A stretch of DNA of 64,000 bases, from the NCBI GenBank assembly GCA_002255365.1, contig NCBI01000006.1, positions 18,742 through 82,741 of the forward strand, written 5' to 3'. Of this stretch, positions 53,101 to 61,027 are shown piece after piece (within the stretch, counting starts at the first letter, position 1; every line of letters begins with the position of its first letter). The notes below the pieces were generated by a model. It was not told the origin of the DNA, did not search any database, and worked only from the letters and a program-made list of their open reading frames with translations. A program made the position numbers and the translations under genes. This DNA is from Chromatiales bacterium 21-64-14. GTDB taxonomy: Bacteria; Pseudomonadota; Gammaproteobacteria; 21-64-14.

Positions 53101-53446
53101 GGACTTGGCTGTCGCTCCTCTGGCGCGCAACCGTTTCAACGAGGCCAAGAGCAATCTACGGATCTTGGAGTACGGGGCGTTGGGGTGGCCGGTGGTGTGC
53201 AGCGATATCCAACCCTACCGGGATGCGCCGGTATGTCGCGTGCCTAACAACTCGCGGGCGTGGATCGAGGCGATCCGGGAGCGCGCCCACGACCTGGACG
53301 CGGCGGCGGTGGAGGGAGACCGGTTGCGGGACTGGGTCCTGAGGGATTGGATGCTTGAGGATCACCTGGAGCAATGGCTGGAGGCGCTGGTTTGTCCCGG
53401 GGCGGCGGTGGGCGGGGCGGACATTCAGGCACACGGAGGTGGCTGA
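47123..53446 (+). CDS. giant multidomain protein: DxD domain + class I SAM-methyltransferase + sulfotransferase + GT-B-like + two GT2 + second GT-B-like domain (candidate flagellin glycan synthesis/modification enzyme)
   Basis: Single 2158-codon ORF (46970..53446); likely start ATG 47123. VLDVGCGDL (MTase motif I) ~48.1 kb; GMHRSGTS (PAPS 5'-PSB) ~48.8 kb; GT2 DxD/VVIPT regions ~50.8-52.2 kb; repeated AVAPL..N..KSN...LEY.A.G motif at ~50.4 and ~53.1 kb. Lies between flgL and fliC where Pseudomonas carries its flagellin glycosylation island. Confidence 0.7.
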   Translation: MDADELLIACVAEDRRDHHIKVANLVGTIRSFGGSLASARIAVNYVESVDSGIRASLEEAGADVRVVPRFDPRCPHANKLRMLEQVAGVGLLVAMDVDMAVVRDFRSQLHTGGISAKIVDLNPLSETQWHQLFDYAGLPMPGQRYVCSSDGGVVPPYFNSGLLTIPVQWISSLRASWGAYVAWLLDARMDLPWLEQHAFFTDQLALALALQAIQCPVIPLPIEMNFPTHIPVAPNFHPDDVEPYIVHYHDRVNADGTLGLTAYRAPNLGIKRVNESIIGNITLGDAGTASDRFSNSVFWEKHYRDAPDLGSGVGSRAQFARYKSVIIDQLTQEMGPASVLDVGCGDLASVAGRPWPEYTGIDIAGCVIERNRTAFPHWKFLPGDFLELSESADIDADLVLCFDVLIHEHDPIRYEQIVGKLLRSTGRCLMIGGYDSPPLQRYSSGINAFHEPLSDTLRRYGVTRIVRIGGYRGVTMLRVDLDDGLVTPQRRRSEKDDDRGFAILRSGTRDDTTPDRPQESSITSGVAKVSSAHMSPEPVAEGESPEVGDMPQAILIVGMHRSGTSALARVLNLHGVRLGSRMIPPQDDNARGFWEHPAVMALNERVLAYFGGAWDRPGPLRNDGQSLEEFTALLNDAATLVDGEFSATKLWGIKDPRLCRTLPFWHRVLERARTESRHVLVIRNPLEIAASLAKRDGFSQTRSLLLWFRYLLDAEHDSRGTKRVFITYEQLLGDWRSAIRHLASGLGVVLDPETETVARRVEAFLSPQLRHHHMRRPPTVQDHARLGPLAAEFYDALLAASHGDESGLADLDRLRSDIELLEQDFNHKNAAPESTSGAIRSMVEPEAILRQLGRPLRVGILSTERKEWGCAHIRLVSPLASLQKQVEVIWAVPEADATARIDFELLDSADLFVVQRFFPSAVNMELIRLLLSSGKPVIYEADDLVTAIPEANPGYAVAAAMRPYILETVTSVHALTVSTEELRRAFASYNSNIYILPNLLDDRLWNREPVDGSAVVVIGYVGTWTHLDDLEIIEPALEIIAKIYGSRVRFEFAGCISERLRGLPNLTVREFQPGYAAYAQTLQGLGVDIAVAPLRDTAFNRVKSNIKWLEYSACGIAGVYSAVPPYVADVVHGETGLLAGEDVDEWVNAIASLVESRDRRLAIAGKARERVLADYTASRGARSYLQAYVDVLANFQTRPNRMPQISAEYELWRERRSHRVATRLDGLRDAPAIHLIVCLHEGQEAALADTVDTLAAQTYGGWGLSVVADFPCRQPDFEALPMCEWVASDGEFQDTVNQLVATSQADWLAQIDVGDRFDASLLASLAHYLALFGDWRVVYVDEDVWLADGRRVAPKFKPDFNLDLLRSTPYVGALCFVRRDVLVAIGGFSGGDGLSRTYDTVLRVLEHSGEKSVGHVPDLLFHRSGGNAAAVDFAASHGVCRRHLEAHLQRCGVHAVVHQGRAEGTQFIEYPVGEHCRVSVVIPTDGRLRFLEPCIRTVLSNTEYPDLEVVVVTGTEQDPSLGQCLYELMACDNRVRVVSSGGENGVTAALDAGVREASGEYVLLLHDDTLIVQKDWLSRMVSLAKRDDVGVVGVRLVFPDQRIQNSGIILGGGPWGVAECRDVGKTLTDPGYLGRLACVQDLSAVSGACLMIRAELYRQVMATEMAAAGHFWDVALCLRVGRLGYKVVWTPYVTVVHHHTSVREACDADRHGIERDAARMRAQWLGRLASDPAYNRNLSLTGGGWRPDVNLFCPWDPALREDHRIVGVGAGSYGSWRYRLADPLAGLEGAGRARPMVVEYYSETAPMPTVTELARLGPDTLFMHNAVHDSQIALIKEYRELRQGFVVFGQDDLMFELPGKNPFQKTVFKDIKRRLRTCIGLADRLVVTTEPLAEAYREWAQDVRIVPNYLERSVWGALRSERRTARRPRVGWAGAMQHGGDLELLIEVVKETAGELDWVFFGMCLEELRPLAAELCPAVAFDDYPKVLARLNLDLAVAPLARNRFNEAKSNLRILEYGALGWPVVCSDIQPYRDAPVCRVPNNSRAWIEAIRERAHDLDAAAVEGDRLRDWVLRDWMLEDHLEQWLEALVCPGAAVGGADIQAHGGG

Positions 53447-53520
53447 AGGGGGACTCAGGCAGCGCTGGGGCGCCCTTTCCAGGAGGCGTGCTTTCCGCGC
53501 CGGATTATTGTCATCCCACC

Positions 53521-53547
53521 TCAAGTTTTGTCCGATGCGATCCGATA
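53521..53547 (+). promoter_or_regulatory. sigma-28 (FliA)-like promoter upstream of fliC
   Basis: TCAAGTTT-N13-CCGATAC resembles TAAAGTTT-N11-GCCGATAA. Confidence 0.4.
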
Positions 53548-53663
53548 CAGGGACCGGGAGCGGTGAATGCGCAGGCGATGCGCCCACGCATATCCGCTAA
53601 GAATGATTCCCCGGGTAACCTTATATAAATAATGGTTATTCGTGGTTTGCGAGGGTTCCGACC

Positions 53664-54500
53664 ATGGCACTAGTCATCAACACCAACATGAATTCTCTGG
53701 TTGCACAGAACAACCTGAGCAAGTCCCAAGATGCCCTGTCTCAGGCCATCCAACGCCTCTCCTCTGGACTGCGGATCAACAGTGCCAAGGACGACGCAGC
53801 TGGATTCTTCACTTCCCAGCTGATGACGCAGGACATCAACGGCATGAATCAGGCGGTGCGCAACGCCAACGACGGCGTATCTCTGGCCCAGACCGCCGGG
53901 GGCGCGATGACCCAGATCAGCAGCGACCTGCAGCGTATCAACCAGCTCGCGGTGCAATCGGCCAACGGTACCGTCCAGAACCGTACCGGCCTCCAGGCCG
54001 AGGTGGATCAGTTGACCCAGGATATCTCGCAGATCGTTCAGACCACCAGCTTCACCGGCGTCAATATGCTGGCTGGGACCAGCGGCACCATCACCTTCCA
54101 GGTCGGAGCGCAGGGCAGTGCCTCCGATCAGATCTCGGTGACCGGGCTCAATCTCACCACGCTGAAGTCCTATGCCGCCGGGCTGACTGCCACCGGCACC
54201 GTCGATGTTAGCACCCAGGCGGCGGCCTCCGCGGCGATCGCCAACGTCCAGGCGGATATCCAGACCGTGGCGGCCGACAGTGCCACCTTCGGCGCGGTGG
54301 AGAACCGGTTCAGTGCGGTGATCAATAACCTGACGAATACGGCGCAGAACCTTACCGCGGCCCGTAGCCGTATCGTGGATGCGAACTTCGCGCAGGAAAC
54401 CGCGAATCTATCACGGGCCCAGATCCTGCAGCAGGCCGGTGTGGCGGTGCTCCAACAGGCCAACACGAGTCCCAATATCGCGTTGACGCTGTTACGGTAA
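53664..54500 (+). CDS. fliC: flagellin
   Basis: Conserved D0/D1 termini (MALVINTNMNSLVAQNNL...; C-term LSRAQILQQAGVAVLQQANTSPNIALTLLR); 278 aa with a short Ser/Thr-rich central segment. Confidence 0.9.
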   Translation: MALVINTNMNSLVAQNNLSKSQDALSQAIQRLSSGLRINSAKDDAAGFFTSQLMTQDINGMNQAVRNANDGVSLAQTAGGAMTQISSDLQRINQLAVQSANGTVQNRTGLQAEVDQLTQDISQIVQTTSFTGVNMLAGTSGTITFQVGAQGSASDQISVTGLNLTTLKSYAAGLTATGTVDVSTQAAASAAIANVQADIQTVAADSATFGAVENRFSAVINNLTNTAQNLTAARSRIVDANFAQETANLSRAQILQQAGVAVLQQANTSPNIALTLLR

Positions 54501-54515
54501 CGGTAGCATTGGACA

Positions 54516-54549
54516 GCGTACGGGGCAGGATGCCCCGTACGCCGTTTCT
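54516..54549 (+). terminator. Rho-independent terminator after fliC
   Basis: Perfect 12-bp stem GCGTACGGGGCA-gga-TGCCCCGTACGC followed by CGTTTCT. Confidence 0.65.
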
Positions 54550-54566
54550 AAGATTCAGGCGATCAT

Positions 54567-54959
54567 ATGAGCGTCATGCCAATTGATCTGAACCCAAACC
54601 CCCCAGTGGGACCGGTCCAGGGACAGGGCGGGCCGCCGGTCGGTAGTGCCCCAGTACCCGCGGGCGCTGTCCTTCCAGGCACTTCGAATCCATTGCCAGT
54701 GGGTACACCAATAGGCGCGGGCGTGTCTCCCATATCGGAGGCCGCGGTTAACGCCGCGGTCCGTCAGTTGAACCAGAGTGTACAGGCCACCAGCAGCGAG
54801 CTGCAGTTCTCCGTCGATAAACAGACTGACCGTATCGTGGTCAAGGTGATTGATATGAAGACCAACCAGGTGATCCGGCAGATTCCATCGCAGGATATTC
54901 TGTCGTTGGACCACCGGATGCAACAACTGGCCGGCATCCTGTTGCGCGCGCGTGCCTAG
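54567..54959 (+). CDS. flaG: flagellar protein FlaG
   Basis: C-terminal LQFSVDKQTDRIVVKVIDMKTNQVIRQIP is the FlaG signature. Confidence 0.7.
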   Translation: MSVMPIDLNPNPPVGPVQGQGGPPVGSAPVPAGAVLPGTSNPLPVGTPIGAGVSPISEAAVNAAVRQLNQSVQATSSELQFSVDKQTDRIVVKVIDMKTNQVIRQIPSQDILSLDHRMQQLAGILLRARA

Positions 54960-55012
54960 CTGCGCGCATTGCTCTTGCCCGCTTATGATTTGCAGGTTAG
55001 CCGAGGTGTGCC

Positions 55013-56371
55013 ATGACGATTAGCAGCAGCAATCTTTCCCCCACCCTGAGCGCCCCCGGGATCGGGACGGGGCTCGACGTCTCCAGCATCGTCAGTCAGC
55101 TGATGGCGGTTGCGAGCCAACCCATGCAGGCGCTACAAGCGCAGCAGTCGGGCATCCAGGCTGAAGTGAGCGGCCTCGGACAGTTGTCGAGTTCGCTGTC
55201 CACGTTTCAGACTGCGCTCCAAGGGCTTACCCTGGACCAATTTCAGGCCCATACCGCGACCTCGGCGGATACCACCAAGTTTACTGCCAGCGCCGATGGG
55301 ACCGCGGTCGTCGGATCTTACCAAATTGGGGTCACCAGCCTGGCGCAGGCGCAGCAGATGGCCTCCGCGGCGTTTGCGGATTCCACGACCACGACGGTCG
55401 GGAATCCCGGCGACACCATGACGATCCAGGTCGGCAGCAGCAGCTCCAACGCATTCACGGTAGCGATCGGCGGGCAGACCCTTACCGGTATCGCCGACGC
55501 TATCAACAACGCTACAAACAACACGGGTGCTACCGCCTCGATACTCCACACGGACGCGGGTTACCAGCTCGTGCTCTCGTCGAATCAGACGGGGACAGCC
55601 AACGCCTTGACGCTGTCGTTCGCGAACAGCAGTGGCACCGCGATCACGGACCCCCTCTCTCTGGCTACGACCCAGGCGGCCGCGGACGCGGTGATTCAGG
55701 TCAATGGACAACAGGCTACCCGGTCCTCTAATACGATCTCCGATGTGATCCAGGGGGTCACGCTGAATCTGGTCGGGACCAGTGCCACCGGCGTCACTAC
55801 CGCGCTGACGGTGGGCCAGGACCCCACGACGGTTACCAAGTCCATTCAGAGTTTCGTGGACGCCTACAACGCGCTCCAAACATCGCTCGGGTCTTTGCAG
55901 ACCGGGAGCCTTTCCGGAGATGGAACCGTTTCCATGGTCAAGTCCCAGTTGCTCGGGGTCATCAACACCCCGGCGACCGGCGTGAGCAACACCTACTCGT
56001 ATCTCGCGGAAATCGGCGTGTCGATCCAGAAGGACGGCACGATGGGGATCGACACCACCCAGTTGAACACCGCCCTCAGCACCGATCCGCAGGGCGTGGC
56101 CCGGGTGTTCGCGGACAGTACCCAGGGGTTTGCGACGCGCCTGGCTGCGCTGGCCGGCCAATTGACCGGGCCCAACGGTATGGTGGCGAGCCAGACCCAG
56201 GGTCTGAATAGCAGCATCAGCATGCTCCAGGATCAGATCGACAATCAGCAGCAGATGCTGAATGCTCAGCAGACAGCGCTAATGGCTCAATATTCGTCGC
56301 TGGATGCGCTGCTCGGTACGATGCAGACTACTAGTAGTTTTCTGAGCCAGCAGCTATCTACGTTGCGATGA
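55013..56371 (+). CDS. fliD: flagellar filament capping protein FliD
   Basis: Conserved FliD N-terminus (GIGTGLDVSSIVSQLMAVASQP) and C-terminus. Confidence 0.85.
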   Translation: MTISSSNLSPTLSAPGIGTGLDVSSIVSQLMAVASQPMQALQAQQSGIQAEVSGLGQLSSSLSTFQTALQGLTLDQFQAHTATSADTTKFTASADGTAVVGSYQIGVTSLAQAQQMASAAFADSTTTTVGNPGDTMTIQVGSSSSNAFTVAIGGQTLTGIADAINNATNNTGATASILHTDAGYQLVLSSNQTGTANALTLSFANSSGTAITDPLSLATTQAAADAVIQVNGQQATRSSNTISDVIQGVTLNLVGTSATGVTTALTVGQDPTTVTKSIQSFVDAYNALQTSLGSLQTGSLSGDGTVSMVKSQLLGVINTPATGVSNTYSYLAEIGVSIQKDGTMGIDTTQLNTALSTDPQGVARVFADSTQGFATRLAALAGQLTGPNGMVASQTQGLNSSISMLQDQIDNQQQMLNAQQTALMAQYSSLDALLGTMQTTSSFLSQQLSTLR

Positions 56372-56477
56372 AGACCACGGGCGGTTTTCTGACACAGCAG
56401 CTAGCGGCGCTGCCCGGGCTATGTATGGTGCTTGGCAGTAGTGGTGCGGGAGTAATCCGGCCGGTGGACATGATAGA

Positions 56478-56500
56478 GATCGACATCGACATCGACATCG
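56478..56500. repeat. hexanucleotide microsatellite (ATCGAC/GACATC)x3.5
   Basis: gatcgacatcgacatcgacatcg read directly. Confidence 0.8.
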
Positions 56501-56553
56501 GGGCAGCAGCGTCTGTACGACGTTGGTTTCAACCATAGGATGGAGTCGTAGAC

Positions 56554-57021
56554 ATGGGCTACAAGAACCTGCACGGCGCTCTCAAGCAGTATAGCCAGAC
56601 CGCGATGGAATCGGGGATCGAGAGTGCCAGCCCGCACCGGTTGGTACAGATGCTCATGGAGGGCGCGCTGGATAAGATTGCTTCCGCGAAAGGATCCATG
56701 GCACGCCGTGCCTTCGAGGCCAAGGGGCATCAGATCAACTGGGCCATCTCCATCATCAACGGGCTACGCATGAGTCTCGACAAGGACGGCGGGGGTGAAT
56801 TGGTGGAGAACCTGGATAGCCTGTATGACTATATGGTCCGTCGGCTGATGTCGGCCCATGTGGAAAACAATCCCGCGATGCTGGATGAAGTGGCCTCCCT
56901 GCTGCGTGAGATCAAGTCGGCGTGGGATGCAATCCCCGACGAGATCAAGAATGCGCCGCGTGCGGCGCCGGAGACGATCGAGCGTGAGGCCGCAAAGCCG
57001 GCCGCGGCGACGGGGCGCTAA
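56554..57021 (+). CDS. fliS: flagellar export chaperone FliS
   Basis: FliS four-helix family (YSQTAMESGIESASPHRLVQMLMEGAL). Confidence 0.85.
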   Translation: MGYKNLHGALKQYSQTAMESGIESASPHRLVQMLMEGALDKIASAKGSMARRAFEAKGHQINWAISIINGLRMSLDKDGGGELVENLDSLYDYMVRRLMSAHVENNPAMLDEVASLLREIKSAWDAIPDEIKNAPRAAPETIEREAAKPAAATGR

Positions 57022-57023
57022 AC

Positions 57024-57359
57024 GTGAACCAAGCACCTGAGTTGGCAACCCCGGAAGCCGACGCCTTGGGTGACATCCTGTCCTTGTCCCGTGCGATGGT
57101 GGCAGCGGCCGAACAAGGGGACTGGGAGGCGGTTACGGCCCAGGAGCAGGACCGGCGCGGGCGGATCAAACGCTACTTTTCCCAAGCCCCGGTCGTGGCC
57201 GCGTCGGCCGGACTGACCGAGGCAGTCCATACCCTTGTGGCCCTGGATCAGCGGGTGATCGAACTGGGCAAGGCGCGTCGCAATCAGATCGTGGATACAC
57301 TCCGCGGCTTGGGTCAGGGCAGCCGCGCGGTTCGAGCCTATCGGCAGGCCGGGCGTTGA
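57024..57359 (+). CDS. fliT: FliT-like flagellar chaperone/regulator
   Basis: Small helical protein with FliT-like LSLSRAMVAAAEQGDWEAV pattern; position after fliS as in Pseudomonas. Confidence 0.5.
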   Translation: MNQAPELATPEADALGDILSLSRAMVAAAEQGDWEAVTAQEQDRRGRIKRYFSQAPVVAASAGLTEAVHTLVALDQRVIELGKARRNQIVDTLRGLGQGSRAVRAYRQAGR

Positions 57360-57405
57360 TAGGCGCGCTCTGTTCCCGCAATACCGGATCGGGTATCTTG
57401 CCCTC

Positions 57406-57984
57406 ATGGCTCCCTCATCGTCCCAGGACCCCTTCTTCGAAGGGCTGAGCTACCAGGACTTCCTGCCCCTGGCGTGGCGGCCCATGCCGACCACATTGAC
57501 GGCGGCGGAATCGGTACGCCTCAACCGGGACAACGAGACGGTGTTGCGGGTGGCGGCTGCCCTGGACGATTTCCGGCCCGATACCAGCGATGAGTCGGGG
57601 GTGGGCTCTGAGCTCGGCCACCTGGATTTCAAACTGAACGTGTTGCTGGATCTGGTCGGCCACTTGGTCACCCGGGACCAGCCGCTGCCGGCGCAGACGC
57701 CGATCCGGCTGAGTGCCCGTGGCCTGGAGTGGACCGCATCTGAATTGCCTGCCGCGGCAGCGCCGGTGGTGGTGAGTCTCCACCTGCAGCCTTCCTATCC
57801 CAGGCCACTGGAACTGCCGGCACGGGTGGTCTTCGTGGCGACGGCCCCCGACGGGGGCCGTCGGGTCCAGGTGCTCTTCGAGGGTCTCAGCGAGGCGGTG
57901 GCGGATGGGCTGGAACGCCTGATTTTCCGCAACCACCGCCGTCAGATCGCCCAGAGCCGGTCCGCCCCCCGCGCCGACGACTGA
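57406..57984 (+). CDS. hypothetical protein in the flagellar regulon (possible atypical PilZ-like fold)
   Basis: 192-aa ORF between fliT and fleQ with no counterpart in the Pseudomonas aeruginosa order; HLDFKLNVLLDLVGHL...beta-rich C-term loosely PilZ-like; no canonical RxxxR/DxSxGG. Confidence 0.4.
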   Translation: MAPSSSQDPFFEGLSYQDFLPLAWRPMPTTLTAAESVRLNRDNETVLRVAAALDDFRPDTSDESGVGSELGHLDFKLNVLLDLVGHLVTRDQPLPAQTPIRLSARGLEWTASELPAAAAPVVVSLHLQPSYPRPLELPARVVFVATAPDGGRRVQVLFEGLSEAVADGLERLIFRNHRRQIAQSRSAPRADD

Positions 57985-58038
57985 GTCTCGCGCCTCCCGG
58001 CCTGCCGGCAGCGGTGGTGCCTCCGGGTAGACAAAATT

Positions 58039-58067
58039 TTGACATCCACCCCCCTTCGTGCTTATGT
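58039..58067 (+). promoter_or_regulatory. sigma-70 promoter upstream of fleQ (TTGACA-N17-TTATGT)
   Basis: Consensus -35 hexamer, 17-nt spacer, near-consensus -10. Confidence 0.5.
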
Positions 58068-58197
58068 TATTGGGTCATGAGGGCGGCCCCGGTGGGGGCG
58101 GCACCCGGAAAACAATAACAATCTCTACAATAGAATGGCGCAGGGCAGGAGGGACCCACGGGCCCCGACTGGCCCCCGCCGACAGGGTATCCCAGAC

Positions 58198-59640
<1,443 letters not shown>

Positions 59641-59693
59641 CTACCCTGGACCAGGGCATTCCTAATTACCTGATTTTATAAGCCTTGCTATTG

Positions 59694-59709
59694 CGGCATG
59701 GTTCTTGCT
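59694..59709 (+). promoter_or_regulatory. sigma-54 promoter upstream of fleSR (CGGCAT-N5-TTGCT)
   Basis: GG/GC dinucleotides at correct -24/-12 spacing. Confidence 0.45.
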
Positions 59710-59772
59710 GTCTTGTGACGGCAGGGGCCGGTTTGTTTGGCAGGTCCCTTGAGGCCGCCATCAGGAGCCGCA

Positions 59773-61014
59773 ATGAGTCACGAGGCGACACGCCGCGCGC
59801 AACAACTCACCGACGCGTTCTACACCTTCAACGAGATGTCGCTTCAATTGGCGGCATCTTATCGGGAGCTGGAGACCCGCGTGGCGGAACTGAGCCAGGA
59901 GTTGGCGGCGGCGCGTTCCGAACGGCTCCAACAGCTGGCGGAAAAGGAACGCCTTGCGGATCGCTTGGCCCGGCTGTTGGAGGCCCTGCCTGGCGCGGTG
60001 ATCGTGCTCGACGGGAGTGGCCGGGTCCAGGAGTGCAACCCGGCGGCCCGGGAGTTGCTGGAAACCCCGCTCGTGGGAGAGCCGTGGCCGGAGCTTGCGC
60101 GGCGCACTTTCGTTCCCCAACCCGGCAGCGGCCATGAACTGCGTCTGCGGGACGGGCGCCAAGTGACCGTCTCGGTTCGGCCCCTGGCAGCGGAGCCCGG
60201 ACAGATCCTGTTGCTGCAAGATGTTACCGAGCACCGCGCACTGGAGGAACAACTCAGCCGCCACCAGCGCCTCTCGGCCATGGGGGAGATGGCCGCCAGT
60301 CTCGCCCATCAGATCCGAACGCCGCTGGCCTCGGCGCTGCTGTATGCGTCCAACCTCGCGCGCGGTGCCGCGCTGGGCGAAGCCGAACGGGGGCGCTTTG
60401 CGGAACGGATCGTCGCGCGTCTCAAGCACCTTGAGCGTATGGTCAACGACATGTTGCAGTTTGCCCGCGGCGGCCACTTCGGGATCGAGGAGATCTCCGT
60501 GGATGGACTGTTAGCGGCCGTGCAGCAGCACCTGGAGCCCCAGTTGCAGGCCGCCGGTGCGCGCCTGGCGCTGGAGAATGCCACCCGCTGCGCCTGTCTT
60601 CACGGTAGCCGTGACGCCCTTATCGGTGCCCTCCATAATCTGGCCACCAACGCCCTGCAGGCCACACCCCACCAGGCCCGGCTGCGGCTGGTTGTCCGCC
60701 AGGAGTCGTCCGGTTATCTGATATTTGAATTCTCCGACAACGGCCCCGGCATCCCGGAGGAGATCCGCGAGCGCATCTTCGAGCCGTTCTTCACGACCCG
60801 GTCCGACGGCACCGGTCTCGGGCTGGCGGTGGTGCACGCGGTGGTGCGTGCCCACCATGGCGATCTATCGGTGGTCACGACGCCCGGTCAGGGTGCCACC
60901 TTCCTGATCCGGCTTCCCATGGCCGAGGCTGCGTTGCCAGCGGCACTCTCGGAGACCAGCGTCGCTACACCCGCGGATAGCGAGCGCCCGGCCCTTTCCA
61001 GATCCACGGTGTGA
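59773..61014 (+). CDS. fleS: two-component sensor histidine kinase FleS
   Basis: PAS-like region; HisKA H-box (MAASLAHQIRTPLA); HATPase N/G1/G2 boxes (DNGPGIP, GTGLGLA). Confidence 0.8.
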   Translation: MSHEATRRAQQLTDAFYTFNEMSLQLAASYRELETRVAELSQELAAARSERLQQLAEKERLADRLARLLEALPGAVIVLDGSGRVQECNPAARELLETPLVGEPWPELARRTFVPQPGSGHELRLRDGRQVTVSVRPLAAEPGQILLLQDVTEHRALEEQLSRHQRLSAMGEMAASLAHQIRTPLASALLYASNLARGAALGEAERGRFAERIVARLKHLERMVNDMLQFARGGHFGIEEISVDGLLAAVQQHLEPQLQAAGARLALENATRCACLHGSRDALIGALHNLATNALQATPHQARLRLVVRQESSGYLIFEFSDNGPGIPEEIRERIFEPFFTTRSDGTGLGLAVVHAVVRAHHGDLSVVTTPGQGATFLIRLPMAEAALPAALSETSVATPADSERPALSRSTV

Positions 61015-61027
61015 GGAGGTTTCTTCC

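Noticed and set aside
56478-56500. Possible CRISPR-like repeat
   Set aside because: Only a 6-nt unit repeated 3.5 times in tandem with no spacers; a microsatellite, not a CRISPR array
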